Source: Trichosphaerium sp. ATCC 40318
Taxonomy: Eukaryota; Protista; Tubulinea
Length of the DNA: 64,000 bases
NCBI GenBank assembly: GCA_038496445.1
Contig: JALMLS010000504.1
Location: 124,001 to 188,000, forward strand
Reading direction: 5' to 3'
A model generated the notes under the pieces. It made no database searches and was not told where the DNA came from. It saw nothing but the letters and a program-made list of their open reading frames with translations. This document shows positions 51,444-64,000 of the stretch, piece by piece (positions within the stretch are counted from its first letter, which is position 1; every line of letters starts with the position of its first letter). Position numbers and translations under genes: made by a program.

Positions 51444-53975
51444 CTATAGTGCCGGAAATAGTTCTTTTGTAGAGTGAATTAACCACCTATTTACACTTAT
51501 TAAGACAAGAATAGATTTCGATGACCGACGACTTGTTTTGTGCTTACCATTGGTTGGATTTCTTTTCCTTTCTATTGAACCTCGACCAATCCCACGGAAA
51601 CTCAGGATATAGTACATCCTTAAGTATGCGTGGGTAGTATCTGAGCATACCACCTGCTCCAAAATGAGCCAACTGATCTCTAGAAACACGAATCCTAGCG
51701 AAGTCGAATAAGTTGTATGATTTGAAGTGAATGAATTACTACTAACCAATCAGAAGGTGTTGTTAGGTCCAAATGCTCCTCTACATGCTGAAGAAATGCT
51801 GTAGCATTTGTGCTGGATCTCCAAAAGCCCTTGCGATGAGGTTCTAAGGTCTGTAGCCGCATACGCCTAATGTACAGTACTTAGTAAGTGTTGAAGCTAC
51901 AATCAAAAGTAGTAATTGAGACTGACTTGTGTGCGAACTGGTCCATGTCCCAATCATGTGAATCGTAAAGATTAGACACGGCAGCAATCAATGATCCACC
52001 GTGTTTGTTTATGATTGACAGACCTCCGTGGTTACAAGCGTCAGTACGCTTGGCATTATACCAATCATCCAACACGTGTATCCGTAGTTTTTGTCCAAGT
52101 GCATCTATTTGTAATCTCTCGACTGCTATCTCCTCAAGCATCCTAGCGTGTCTTTCAGACCCAGTAAGTTTGGCATATCGTACAGAGCTTTATTGTTACC
52201 TGAAGTTGTTGAGCGACCAAGCGTGATACGGATAAAGTGTCTTGAGTGTCGAGGCCAAACTTCCACCATAACTATGGCGTAACAATGAGCTCTAACGTTT
52301 TACTGGTATACACGTGTACGCTGCGATGATTGATGATGCGCCATGTTCATGCACGTCACTTGGATCCACGGCATACCACCCATCTAACGTAGTTACTACC
52401 AAGAGTTCTGCCAATCCTTCAAAGAGCGTCCTTTGTGCTGCAACGCTATTGATTGTTGATCTAGGAGCACTCCTTGAAACACTGTTAAAACAATGCACGA
52501 CAGCTTTCAGCACATACGCAAAGAGGTTATCTTGCCAAGAAAATGAAGGGAAAATAGACTGTACGGCCTTTTTGACCGATCCAAGGTACTTGTTAATCAC
52601 ACTCGATCCACCAGCAGCGCAAATATCTTTTTTGGTAATGTAGTACCAATCTGCTAGCACCTTCATCTTGTACTCCTCCCCTATAGTCTCAAACTTGGTT
52701 CTTTGATTGCTCATATCGTCCCAATGCCTCATAGGTGCATGCCTTGATATCAAACTGTCAGATATACCACACTAGATCACTAATAACTTACGTAAAACGA
52801 GTTTGACTCCACTTGATATGAGGATATACAGCAGCCAATGTCTTGGATAGGGAGTCCCCATGCCTACAGTCAATTATTCATTGCTCCGACTATATGAGCG
52901 CAAGACAATACCTTGAAAGCAGGTTTGATCCCTTGCGTGAAATAACTTGTTGGTATGTCACGTTATACCAATCCTCCATTAGGTGTATCCTTAATTGCCT
53001 TGCTATGGCACTCAATAGCTCTTCTTCACTTGGTTGCATTTCAACCCTAACAGTGCGTTCACTTTTGCGAGTGCTTCGAGTCTTGGAGTGACTGCTAACA
53101 CTTGTATAAACAACCACAAAACGCGTCTTATTCAAGACGCACTAGAATCGATTCAAGTCCCAGTTGTGTTCCGAGTATATAGATCTCACAGCATCCACTA
53201 TCGAATTTCGATATCTGTAACAACATTCAGGAAAATAAGTTGGTAAACACACGACCATGAGTACTTTTGAAGGAGACCACCAGCAAGTGAAACACATTTG
53301 TCATTTGCTATGAAGTACCAATCATCCAGTACTTTTATGCCTAACGTCATGCCTACAGCATCAAGTTTTGTACGTTGATTGCCTTTGAACGACCAATGAC
53401 CCATTGGCGCACACCTACGTATATTGGCATTAGACACGTGTGCACCAAACGTTATGAAATTTAACTTTATTATTGGACAAGAGAGCTAACCTTGTAAACG
53501 CGTTGGCATCCCAAGTATTAGATGGATACACTGATGTGAGTGCCTTGCATATAGAGTTGTTATACCTAAGCAAAAAACGCACATGGCATGTCACGTGGAG
53601 TGTCCAGTACATGAGATAAACAAAAAGTCGCACCTATTCATCATAGGCTTGCCCCCAAGGCGGTTAATGTCATCACCGGTGACATCGTACCTGAGGATTT
53701 GTGCTGTGAGCAGATTGGCGCAAATGGGAAAACCCCAAAATCAAAATACAGGGTTTAGGTGATGCGTACCAGTCTGGTACAACGAATACGCATACATGTT
53801 GCGCTATTTGTTCGAGATAGGCTCTTTGATTTGAAATGTTTTCCCAATATCCCGCTGGCTTACGTCCAGCGCCATCAGGGACATTTTGAGTGCGTCGACG
53901 AGAGGATTTGGCGACAGCTAATGGCATCTGTAAATACATGCTTCGAAAGGCCTTTGTACCGCGTAGTATGGACAT
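51444..53975 (-). CDS. ~70-aa tandem repeat protein (about 7-8 repeats) with Arg-rich N-terminal presequence
   Basis: KPAGYWENISNQRAYLE, APMGHWSFKGNQRTKLD...LDDWY, APMRHWDDMSNQRTKFE...ADWY...GGSSVINKYLGS...FPSFSW, etc. 3' end approximate. Confidence 0.75.
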
Positions 53976-54130
53976 TGACGCCACGAGACGGCTAGTCTAG
54001 TGCACGCTAAGCGTTGCGTTGAAAATAATGGACAAACTTGACGCTGTGACCACACACGACCATCACATACCGCTTTTTAAACCACGCTCGTGGTGACTCT
54101 TACACTAAAACTCTCAACAAATAATGCTGG

Positions 54131-56481
54131 ATGGGTGACCAATTACTATTGCATCCGTCACGCCGTAAAGGTATACAACAAGAACGCCCAGGGGAGGAGG
54201 AGTCATGGACAACGTTAGATATCTCCAACATGCAAATACGCACGTTGAGCCCCAACGTAGCAATTTACACTCATATAACCGAGTTGTGCTTACAGGTACG
54301 GGTCGTTCAATGCGTTAAAGCGTTGAAAGGTTTAATTTTTTTCTAAATGTAGTGCTAACCCCCTGTTCTTGCAGAACAACTGCTTAACAACGCTACCAGT
54401 GTCGATTTTTACCTCATTGCTGTGGTTACAATCTCTGGACTTGTCCTGCAATAATATCCAATGGATACCGGCTGAAATATCGAATCTCTTGCGTTTAAAG
54501 ACGTTGTTATTGTTTAGAAATCAAATTCGTGAGCTACCATGGACAATGGGCAAGCTCTTTAGACTTGAGCAATTATCGCTGGAAGGCAACCCAATATGTG
54601 CGTTGCAATTAATTTATTGTTGTGTTTTAGCGTTCAGTGTGTTTTGTTTCGAAATTTTTTTTTTTGCGTTGTTTTTGGCTAAAAATCCGCAACGTTACAA
54701 CCAATCTGACACTACCTAGCACGACCTTCACCAGATATTCTACGTATGGGCGCTGCAAGGGTACGTCATTCCTCTATTTTATTCCAACACTATTTAACGC
54801 AACTGTAGACGATAATGTATTTGAGAGACAACATGCCTGGTACATTTTTTTAAATAGTTGAGATGATAGTTAAACCAAAAATGTTTTATGCTTTTCAGAA
54901 TTTTGGTGTTTTTTCGTTACTGACATTTGTCAACAAGCTGGTGATCCGCCACCGCCTAGAGACTGGACTATTAACAAGAAAATAATGAATGGAAACATCT
55001 ACAAGTCGCTTGGTAAGGAGACATCCAATCTTTATTGATAATATGTCATGACTGCCTATCAACCCTCTTGTCACTAATATTCGTTGTTTGTAGAGCCAAC
55101 ACGGGTGCTGTGCTATAATGTACTTGCAGAGACTTATGCACTGCCATCACGATGCGTGTACTGCCCTGATTGGGCATTGTTGTGGTCATACCGCAAACTC
55201 CGTATATTGGCTGAACTTACAGACTACAAGGCGGACGTAATGTGTCTACAGGTACCAGATTTTTTTGCAACAAAATTTGAAATCATATTTTTTTGTAATT
55301 ATATTGTTATTGTTTTTGACGTGGTTTGGTTGTAGGAGGTAGAGATGGGCCAATACAAAAACTTCTTCTTGCCAAAACTGGCCGCACTTGGTTACTCCGG
55401 CATGTTTCGTCCAAAGAGCAGAGCGAGAACAATGGATAATTGTGAAGGCGTCGATGGTTGCGCCACATTTTATCGAAACAGCAAATTCGAACTTGTCAAA
55501 GGTACCTACCTAGAACAAAAGTGTGCTTTGGCGCTAACAAACGGGTCTCTCAGAGTATGGACTCGAGTATCAGAGCGTAGCCCTTCAAAAGCACGAAGCA
55601 TTGCGTACAAAGACGTCAGAAGCAGGCTTTAATAGACTCATTTCAAAGGACAATATCGCAACAGCTGTCCTCCTACGACCTAGGGCCAAAGCATACGGGC
55701 AAGGCATCACACATAAGGATCGCTTGTTAGTTGTAAATACTCATGTGCACTGGAATCCAGGTATGACAAAACCTCTTCATCGCAAGTGTCCTCGTGCGCT
55801 CATGTCTTGTGTTTAGAGTACTCAGACGTAAAGTTGATGCAATGTAATCTCTTAATTGAGCGAATAGCGGCCATACAACAGGAAAATGGTACCAATAACT
55901 GCGCAATTGCGTTTTTTGAGCAATTACTGACAACAATTGCAACAGGCGGTGGAGAATTGCCAATGTTGATATGTGGCGACTTTAATTCTGTACCTGGATC
56001 TGGTGTGTACACCTTGCTCTCTGAAAGAAAAGGTACAAAACCAACAATATCCGATATCGTTGAAAACCTAACACACGCCACAGTGGACAGTACACATCCT
56101 GATTTCAAAGGACTCGCCTATGGTAGATACACTCGCCATGGATTACACCATCAACTGCACCTCAAGAGCTCGTATTGCGAGGTAAGATTCACGTCATTAA
56201 CAAACAATACAAAACGCTGACTGATTTTGAAGGTTGGCGGAGAACCAGCGTTTACTAATTACACTGGCGACTTTAAGGGCGTACTAGATTATATTTGGTA
56301 CTCAACGCGATGCTTGGACGTGAAGAGCGTGCTGGCACCGATAGATGAGCAATCTGTGCTGGAGCTCAGCGGCGCGCTGCCCAATCCCTACAACTGTTCA
56401 GATCACATCCCACTAGTGGCTGATGTACTGTTCCGCCTCTCGCCGAAAAAGAGGTCAATGAACCAACCCAACTCGCGGTGA
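54131..56481 (+). CDS. CNOT6: CCR4/CNOT6 deadenylase (LRR + EEP nuclease)
   Basis: LRRs then CYNVLA, ADVMCLQE, DGCATFY, NTHVHWNP, CGDFNS, FTNYTGDFKGVLDYIWY, SDHIPL. Confidence 0.96.
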
Positions 56482-56922
56482 AGCACCAACAATCAACCAC
56501 GATAATCCACAATCCTAATTGCTACCTGTAAATATTTGTGTATTTCCCCCCTTCCTCTCTTCTCGCTCTTTCTTTTTTATTGCACAAACGAATTCTTGAC
56601 AAACGTTCCGAAATTATCAAACGCTCATAACAAAACGAACAGAATTCGACCAAAAAAAAAAAGTGTGATAACGGATTAAACGTCACAATTAAAACAATAA
56701 CATCACTACTCGCTAACGCACGCAAGCCCACAGTACCGAATCCCGTATCGTGTACCTGTGTTCGCCCATGTGTCAGTGTCTCGTAGAAGTGAAAAAAACT
56801 AATTGTAAGTTTACCTCATCACAAACAAACCAGCCGTAGAGTACTCACACAAGTCAATAAAACCTAGTACATTTTTTTTCCAGCATCTATTTATTACATT
56901 TTCACTATCTGCTGTTTTCGGC

Positions 56923-57604
56923 TTAAGCGGTTGTTTTGGTACCAATGTGACCAATAGACCAATCGTATTTAAGAGCGTACAATTCGTTGATTTTTTCATC
57001 ACCGGTTAGAAAAACTTGCTTGCCTGATTTTGGGGAAGCTTGAGTACGTTTTGGAAATACAAATTCTACAAAAATGCGTTAGTTACAACCGTCTTCGTAC
57101 AGGGAAGAAAAAACAATAATTATTGTTAAATTATTTGTTTGAAGGCGCACAGTGCGTTTTTACGCCGCTGAACGAAGCTTTTTACCGCTAGAAACGAAAA
57201 ACCAAGCAATTGTTGAGAATTTTTTACGTACTTGTTCCAGCGAGCTGGCACTGGCGTCTAAGGATCTTAGCAGCTTCTCTGCGCGCGTGGTAGTCTTGTA
57301 GACACTTGGAAGGGCGAACGTGTTCGATCCTGACCCAAACCTTCTTCATCTTCAAATAGTTGTCAATGCGCTTGTAAAGCTCGACACCGACAGCTCTAGG
57401 GGACACAGCAAAGATTCTTCCTGTTTTCCCGTGGTAATGCCTGTGAGGCATACCTTTTTGTTGTGCTGGGTTTGTAACAATATCAACATACTCCCCACGC
57501 TTGTAGATTTGCATGTAGGTGGATAGAGGGATATATCCTTTATCGCGGCGTGGTCTGGTGTGTACTTGACGACATTTGCTTCTGAAACCTTTAGCCTTAC
57601 CCAT
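56923..57604 (-). CDS. RPL21: 60S ribosomal protein eL21
   Basis: QKGMPHRHYHGKTGRI, RIEHVRPSKC; last exon after intron ~57067-57230 reads FVFPKRTQASPKSG...LKYDW; 5'-UTR intron ~57608-57655. Confidence 0.96.
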
Positions 57605-57918
57605 TCTCTACCAAAACAACCAGTTAGCGTTTATTACTCGTTTCTGAATAATTACCTGCGCTACGAACTAAATCGATGTTAACAAAACTGACGACTGAAA
57701 AAAAATTAGCAGATTCGGTCAAACTTAGTATACTCTCGTTTCGCAACGTTTTGCATTACATTGGCGCAAGGCGAGTTACCATTGCCGCCCAAGGTATCTA
57801 ATTGCGCCTACTTCGTTCTTACACCAATACAAAATTTTTTAGGCACTCATGTACACTTGAGTCCTCTACCTTGCAAACAATCTTTCTATATTGTAATATA
57901 GTAGTTCAACGGTAATTC

Positions 57919-58834
57919 ATGGATCCAGTGAAGCGCCACCAGTTGGTAATTGCCAGCGGTGTTATTCTGGTGGTATATGCGGATCACTACCTTCTCCCCA
58001 CGCTAGAAAACAACGACATTTTGTACCGTAAGACTCTAAAGTTGCTCGTTCACGCCTAAAAACGCGTAGGCATCGCTAAGTTAGTGCGCAACACGGTTTA
58101 TACCGCAACGTTTTTGTTTTTGATTTCAAACGAAGTACAATACCTCTACTGCGGCGGACACACAGGTACATCGTAATTTTCGCCAGTTGGCGTTGTTTTT
58201 ACGCTATTGTAGTTTGCGGGACGCTTCTGTCACAGTTTGCACGGTGGTTGACTGCCAGAGGAAGGTAACGTGAGCCTTAAAACTCGCCTTTCATTAACTC
58301 GCGTACGTAGAGTCGCAATTGCGTTTAGATGCGTCCAGTTGGCCTTGTGGTGGAATCAATTTTGGTGCATCAACCAGGTAACCTTTTTTGTCTCCAGTCC
58401 ACGACACCCGTTGCTAAAGTGTATGCATAGAAGCCTGTCTTGATAGATAATTTCAAGCACTTGGCACTCATTGCCACTATTTTAAAGAGGTACAAACCGA
58501 TGCTGTTTGTTGTTGTGACCATTTTTTACAACCTGTTGCAAAGGTGTCACATTTTTTTTTTTTCGTCACAATTGATTTTGACACGTGGATTTAGTCCAAC
58601 AAAGATTGCAGCTTACACTAAAAAGCTCGAGGCACTCACTGGCAAAGTACGTTGTGCCGTGTTTAAGGGATTTTGATCTAACGTTTGGGATTTGTTTAGG
58701 CAGTTGGGATGCCTCACATTGCGCGCACTACTAAAATAACACAAGGCATAAATAGATGGCGACAGACATTCAAAAATGCGTTGCAAGGCGTGTTATACCG
58801 CCGACTTGTCGATCAAGTCACTTCTACATCGTAA
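57919..58834 (+). CDS. Hypothetical multi-exon protein, possibly membrane-associated
   Basis: Series of short open exons bounded by GT-AG introns between RPL21 and DOLPP1; no family recognised. Confidence 0.4.
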
Positions 58835-58977
58835 AAATGTACTCCTTGCAGCAATGATATAGTTCGTTCTCATGAGAGCGCAATAATTGTACAAAAACAA
58901 TTTAAAATTTTTCAACCAGTTGGCTTGACAGTGACTTTGTGATGACTTTTTGATTTGCTTTTTTGACACTCAGCACA

Positions 58978-59849
58978 ATGGGCAAGCAACCGTTTCAGTT
59001 TACTTACGCAGAGTATGAAGAAGGTGATCCAGTGTCATGGGTGTTGGCTATGGCGTCTATGCTGCCATTGTTCATCATTGTATTTCTGTACTAACAACGG
59101 TTACGCCCTAACACACCAGTTAGGTGGCTCATTGTGCTATTTGCTTAGTACGACGCGAAGTATTCACGTTTTGGTTGGCTGCAGGCTATTTCGTTTGTGA
59201 GGCCTTAAACAAAGTGCTTAAGCGTATTATAAAGGAACCTAGACCTGCTGGTGCGTTTACTGGTGATTATACGTGGCGTCTCATGTCATACCAACAATAG
59301 GTTCCTATCGCGTGGATTCGTATGGTAACCCATCAGATCATGCACAAATAGCAGCCTGCTTTGCGACATTTATCGTCTTATTGATGCTTGTTCGGTATGT
59401 CAAATCAAGTTACAGCAAATTTTTTCACATTTTTTGTTGGCTGTCTTGCTTAAACTTTCACCCAAGCGTATGGCTTCCACTATGGAGAAAAATGATTTAC
59501 ATGGCTGTCAGCGTGGGTATAGCAGTGTTAACTGCAGTTTCTAGGTACGTGTATTAGGCTGACGGTCGTTGGGTGTGCGGTTGCGAGTTCCAAACGACAA
59601 CTGACAGTGTATTGTAGAGTGCATCAAGGTGTACACTCTGTCAAGCAAGTCACTTATGGAGCTGTTGCTGGGTGCTTGTTTGGGTGTATCTGGTTCGCTA
59701 TTGGTCATGCCTCATCATCCTTGTTTCGTTGGCTTGCTCAGTCTGGATTGGGACGCTTCTTCTATCTCCGCGACAGCACTAACATACAAAATGTTTTATT
59801 ACACGACGCCAACAAGTCTGGCACTTCATCTCGCCCCAAGACGCAATAA
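58978..59849 (+). CDS. DOLPP1: Dolichyl pyrophosphate phosphatase (PAP2 family)
   Basis: FTYAEYEEGDP, LKRIIKEPRP, YGNPSDHAQ, SRVHQGVHSVKQV, FYLRDS. Confidence 0.9.
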
Positions 59850-60204
59850 TGTAGTAACAACCGAGTTCAGGTAATGATTTGGCTTTACACACGCACGTAG
59901 AAAAAAGAAACAAAAATGCCAAGGTTGTCAAGGATGATTTAATTGATATCAATAAAGATTCATCTCAGCTGCATTAATTGTGCGAACACCGGCCAGCCAA
60001 CGCCTGTAAAGCTTCATGTTTCTTTACTACCCAATAGATGCGAGTTAGTGTACATCAACAACAAATGTATTTGACTGCCAACAAGCTCCTAACACAGGGA
60101 AAAAGTAAAAAATTTTTCAAGTAAAAAATTCCGCTAGTCCATTCAATTTGTTTTTCTCCAATGATCCAAAAATTCGACAATGCCAACTTTAATTTATTTA
60201 TTGA

Positions 60205-62258
60205 TTAGTTTGTAGAGATCCTACAAGTTGCCATTTTCAATCTACAACCCAATAAGCATAAAAAAAAAGATTGTGAATCACGTGCCTGTACAGTTGGAAC
60301 GATTCAAATAGTGCCTCGTTAGACTTCTGGGTGAGGTGACCTTGTTCTATTGTACGCAAGAATGCATAGAAATCACAGACGGCCACTATTCGCGTGCGGC
60401 AGTGCAAGCATATCGGCACTGCTGGATTGTTTCGTTTACCTCTCAACAACATAAAACTACACTCCATCTGGTTTTAAAACAGTTAGGTCAGTACATGCAA
60501 CACAATGGGTATGTGTCGTTATCTGAGATCGTACTTGTTGAAGGCACGTTGAGCACGTGTCAGCTCTGTTTTTTTCGGGAGCGAGCTCTATTTCCAGCGT
60601 TCTATGCTTGATGTGTCGCAGCACGTCATTGGCACGTCGGAATCTGACAGTAGGTATGACCTGTGAAAGTTCTCATTAGTGAATTATTGCCATTTATTTG
60701 ATGTGCGCGTGTGTACTTCTTCCTTTTCAATTCTAGACAACAGTCTGCTGCTCTTCAGGATTGGACATCCGCTTTTGACATACTCCATCCATTCCTACAG
60801 TGGGGTATGTGAGTGTTGATCATTCAAAGTCAGGTCGACCACGCACCTCCAGTTGTTTTGTGGAAGGCTCTACCTTTAATTCTGGGTTATCACTCATCGC
60901 GTGCACAAGAAAGGGTACGTACTGTAATGCGTATATGAGGGTTGTTATCTTTAATTTTTGGCTTAGGAGATGCCCTTTTCTTTTCTGTTTTCTCTTTTTT
61001 TGCAACATTGTTGTTGTCCTCTGTCGCATCTTTGTTGAAGAATGAAGGGCTCATTATAGACCCTGCCGTACTGCGCTTATCAAAGCTACACGCACCGCCT
61101 TCAAACGTCTTGCTTCTCCTCCCAACTGGCGAGATGTATGTGTTAGCACAACTGTCTCTCTTGTAAAATGTATTGACTAATAAGAAGGTGTACCAGATCC
61201 ATTTGACACTAACTGAATTGTATGCGCTTCTTGGTGTATCTACATATTTTAGTGATCGCTGCAATGATCACAAAGCCCATTGTACCTGAGCCGATATTCT
61301 TTTGCGTAGATCGCCAAGAACAGATTCTTCTATCGACAATCTACCAAACATATCAAAAAAAAAAATGGTTTGATTCAATGTGGGTGTCATGTGCTAAATA
61401 CCTGTGTTTGGTTTGTTGTAGTTCTGATTCCAGCTGTTTCTTTATTTTTAGTATCTTATGCTGCGCACGTGGTTAGTTTTACAATGTTATTTCCGCGTTG
61501 TAGCAAACTACTCCACCTTTTCTTTACATTCTCCCTCTACCTGAACGCTAGTGTAAGCAATTTTTTAATTTCCTTTAATGATGGTATGGCTTATTTTTAA
61601 TATAATATTTAAACGTGCCATGTCGTTTGCGGCCTGAAACAATTGCGCCGTCAATTCCTCTAGCTCCTCGTACAGCTTCTCTCTTATATTTTCTGCTTCT
61701 TCACGGAGCTCTCGCTCTTTGTTGGCCTGTACTGTCAAATCGTCCACCAATGTCTGAGGGCAATCATGTCATTTTTTTTTTTTTTTGTTATTTGTTTTCA
61801 ACAATTATGATTGACATTAATACCTGTAATCTTACGGTTTCTTCCTCGAGCGTGAGTACTTTGTTTTGATCTTCTGCGATAATGTTTTTCAAGTCTGCTA
61901 GCTGTTTCTTTTGCTCGTCACTCACTATCTTGGCTTCTTCTAGCTTCAGTTTATCCCGTTTGGTCCGTATTTCAAGCTCCTACAACGCACGATAAATTAA
62001 AGCTGTCAAAAAACAGGAAGAACGTATTTTTCTTGGTGTAGACATATACCTTGTTGCGCTTATACAAGTGGTTTCGCAACTGTTTGAATTGCTCGATAGC
62101 GGATTTGTTTGCTGTTAGCACAGCACCTAGTTCCTCTAGTCGCAACTACAAACAGCGTAAGGACGAAAAAAAAAGCACGTGACAACAACAAAAGGCTGTA
62201 TCGGAAGTACCTTTGTAGCGAAAAGCTCCTTGGCAAGATGTTGTTGTTGCGCTGCCAT
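60205..62258 (-). CDS. Sec2/Rabin8-type Rab GEF
   Basis: Coiled coil with EELEELTAQLFQAANDM; C-terminal CLHCRTRIVAVCDFYAFLRTIEQG. Start approximate. Confidence 0.85.
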
Positions 62259-62453
62259 GATCTCTTCGTACTGGCGGGTAATGAATCTTACCACTTGGAG
62301 ATTGTTGGCCTGAAGAAAAAGTTGGCGCAAAACCAAAGTCAAAGCAGGTATTAATATAATTTTTTTTCTGATTGTTTTTTGTTGGCACACCGTGACACAC
62401 TTAGTTTTATTGGACTCTACAACTTAACTGTGTATCCACACCTCCAAAAAGTG

Positions 62454-64000
62454 CTACTCTATGTACTCTCTACTTTGAATACCCGTGACAATGAGATTGT
62501 TGAGCGTATCCTCTCGTCCTTCAACGTATAGTGCTTCTATCTCCACTTTTATTCCACCTTCGATCTTTGACATATGTTAAAGGTAGACGAGGAACATCAA
62601 GTACCATTGCACATATTTGTTCGTCAGCTGATTGACACCACCCTCGATTGCTTATGTTGGCAATACAACGTGTATCACCCTCTGTCATTGGTTTGTATTC
62701 GGTGTGAGGTACCTAGTCACGTGATTACAAACTATATATTTTGTTCCAAAGCCTACCTTATATTTGTTCAAGTGATGCCCTAAGACACCTAGCCACTTGA
62801 TGTTTACATTGTATCGACAGTTTTCCATGCCCAGACTGTATCCTCCTTGCTTGTAGCTCAGTAATACCCCTACACCACCTACAACACTTGTTTGTCGATG
62901 ACAAGGATGTTTGTTGGTTAGCGTACCAGGGTTGTAGTCAAAGACGCCATAGCATGGTAGATGTAAAGATTGCTGCAATATCGAAACAAAACGCCTAGTC
63001 TATAGACCAAATACGTTATGGACAAGCTCTCAAAATGAAGTCAGTCTACTAACCATGAGCCCAGGGTAGCCGTTCCCTGTTACCACTATAAAGTTGGGAT
63101 ACTTCTTTATGAAACCGCTTGCTACCAAATGCTCAAAAACAGCATCCTTCTCTACTACAACGATGGCTGTCGCTGAAGATTCGAGATCAATGTTGGGATG
63201 CGATAGGGTGTATGCAGTTTCGTCAAATTGTGCTATGCGATGGAAAAAAGAACCTAACACGGCTTTTCAACACTTGTGCGGGTATATCTATTGAGAACGT
63301 ACGGATCACAAATGGAACAGTTGACAAATCTACCCAACTTCCTCCTAACCAACTTATATGAGTGGACATTCTAAATATGTTCTTTCACCTGCTATACTAA
63401 CACGTAGGGTTCCAGCAATGAAGCGCCCTTGTTCGGCGGGATGTATGGACATGGCACTTCGTGGACATTTCAATATGCTTTGGAGATCTACGTTGTTTTA
63501 GCAATGCGGGTAAGGATAAGTAGGTACCTCCAAGTATGCCAGACACTTTTGTGTAGCTGTTATCCATCGACCATTTTGCACTTAGACAGTAGTACGCCTG
63601 TCATGGTTTAGATTGTACGTGTAAGCGCTATACCTCTCTGATGGATGATCTCTGGTTGTTTCGCACTTGGCTGTAGATCATTGCAAGAGCTGAGAAAATA
63701 CGAGCATACTTCTTTGGCTTGCTTTTGAATGAGCACTTTGCATTGTTGCGGGCAAGGAAAATGCAGCCATCAGTATCGGCTACTCGAGCTTAGCAACTTT
63801 CCTTCTACGTGCACCTGCCTGAGTTAAATGCGTTGTCGCTAGTGCGTATTGCCACGTTTACAGGATTCAATGTAGACTGTTTCAAGCTGCTGGCAAAGGA
63901 AATGAGCCAACCCTCTATCCTCGCTAACACCTGTACAGTACAGTGTTAGCACGCTTTCCGTGGAAATGCAGCGTGCCGTACTTGGGTAGGACCAATGTTA
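62454..64000 (-). CDS. SPO11: Meiotic transesterase Spo11, probably Spo11-2 type; 5' end at or beyond window edge
   Basis: HQRE|AYY (catalytic Tyr region), IVVVEKDAVF, TGNGYP, VFDYNPG, KWLG, KVEIEAL. Confidence 0.88.

Noticed and set aside
1-64000. Fragmented ORFs suggesting stop-codon reassignment or an endogenous giant virus
   Set aside because: Breaks in conserved genes coincide with canonical introns, TAA/TAG/TGA all terminate genes, and no NCLDV hallmark genes are present.

Overview
AT-rich, gene-dense nuclear DNA of an intron-rich microbial eukaryote. It uses the standard code, has mostly 45-140 nt GT-AG introns with frequent GTACGT/GTAAGT donors, and looks amoebozoan-like by gene content (inference only). 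Conserved genes: AP-1 gamma adaptin, eL21, mitochondrial uL23, TMF1, CCR4/CNOT6, DOLPP1, a Sec2-type Rab GEF and SPO11-2. Accessory content: five members of an F-box + 22-aa LRR family (two apparently intact, three damaged), three of them duplicated together with relics of an MRH-like gene. Also present are a ~70-aa repeat family with a PD-(D/E)XK-type nuclease, three kinases (one a receiver-PARP-like-kinase fusion), a haem-peroxidase homologue lacking the proximal His, a 5'-truncated LINE and two MITE-like insertions. The strongest unexplained signals are (i) about 63 copies of the palindrome CACGTG, roughly 9x expectation and about half in introns, and (ii) surface-focused hypervariability and in-register repeat shuffling in the F-box-LRR genes. 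All gene models, counts and domain calls were made by eye without tools.
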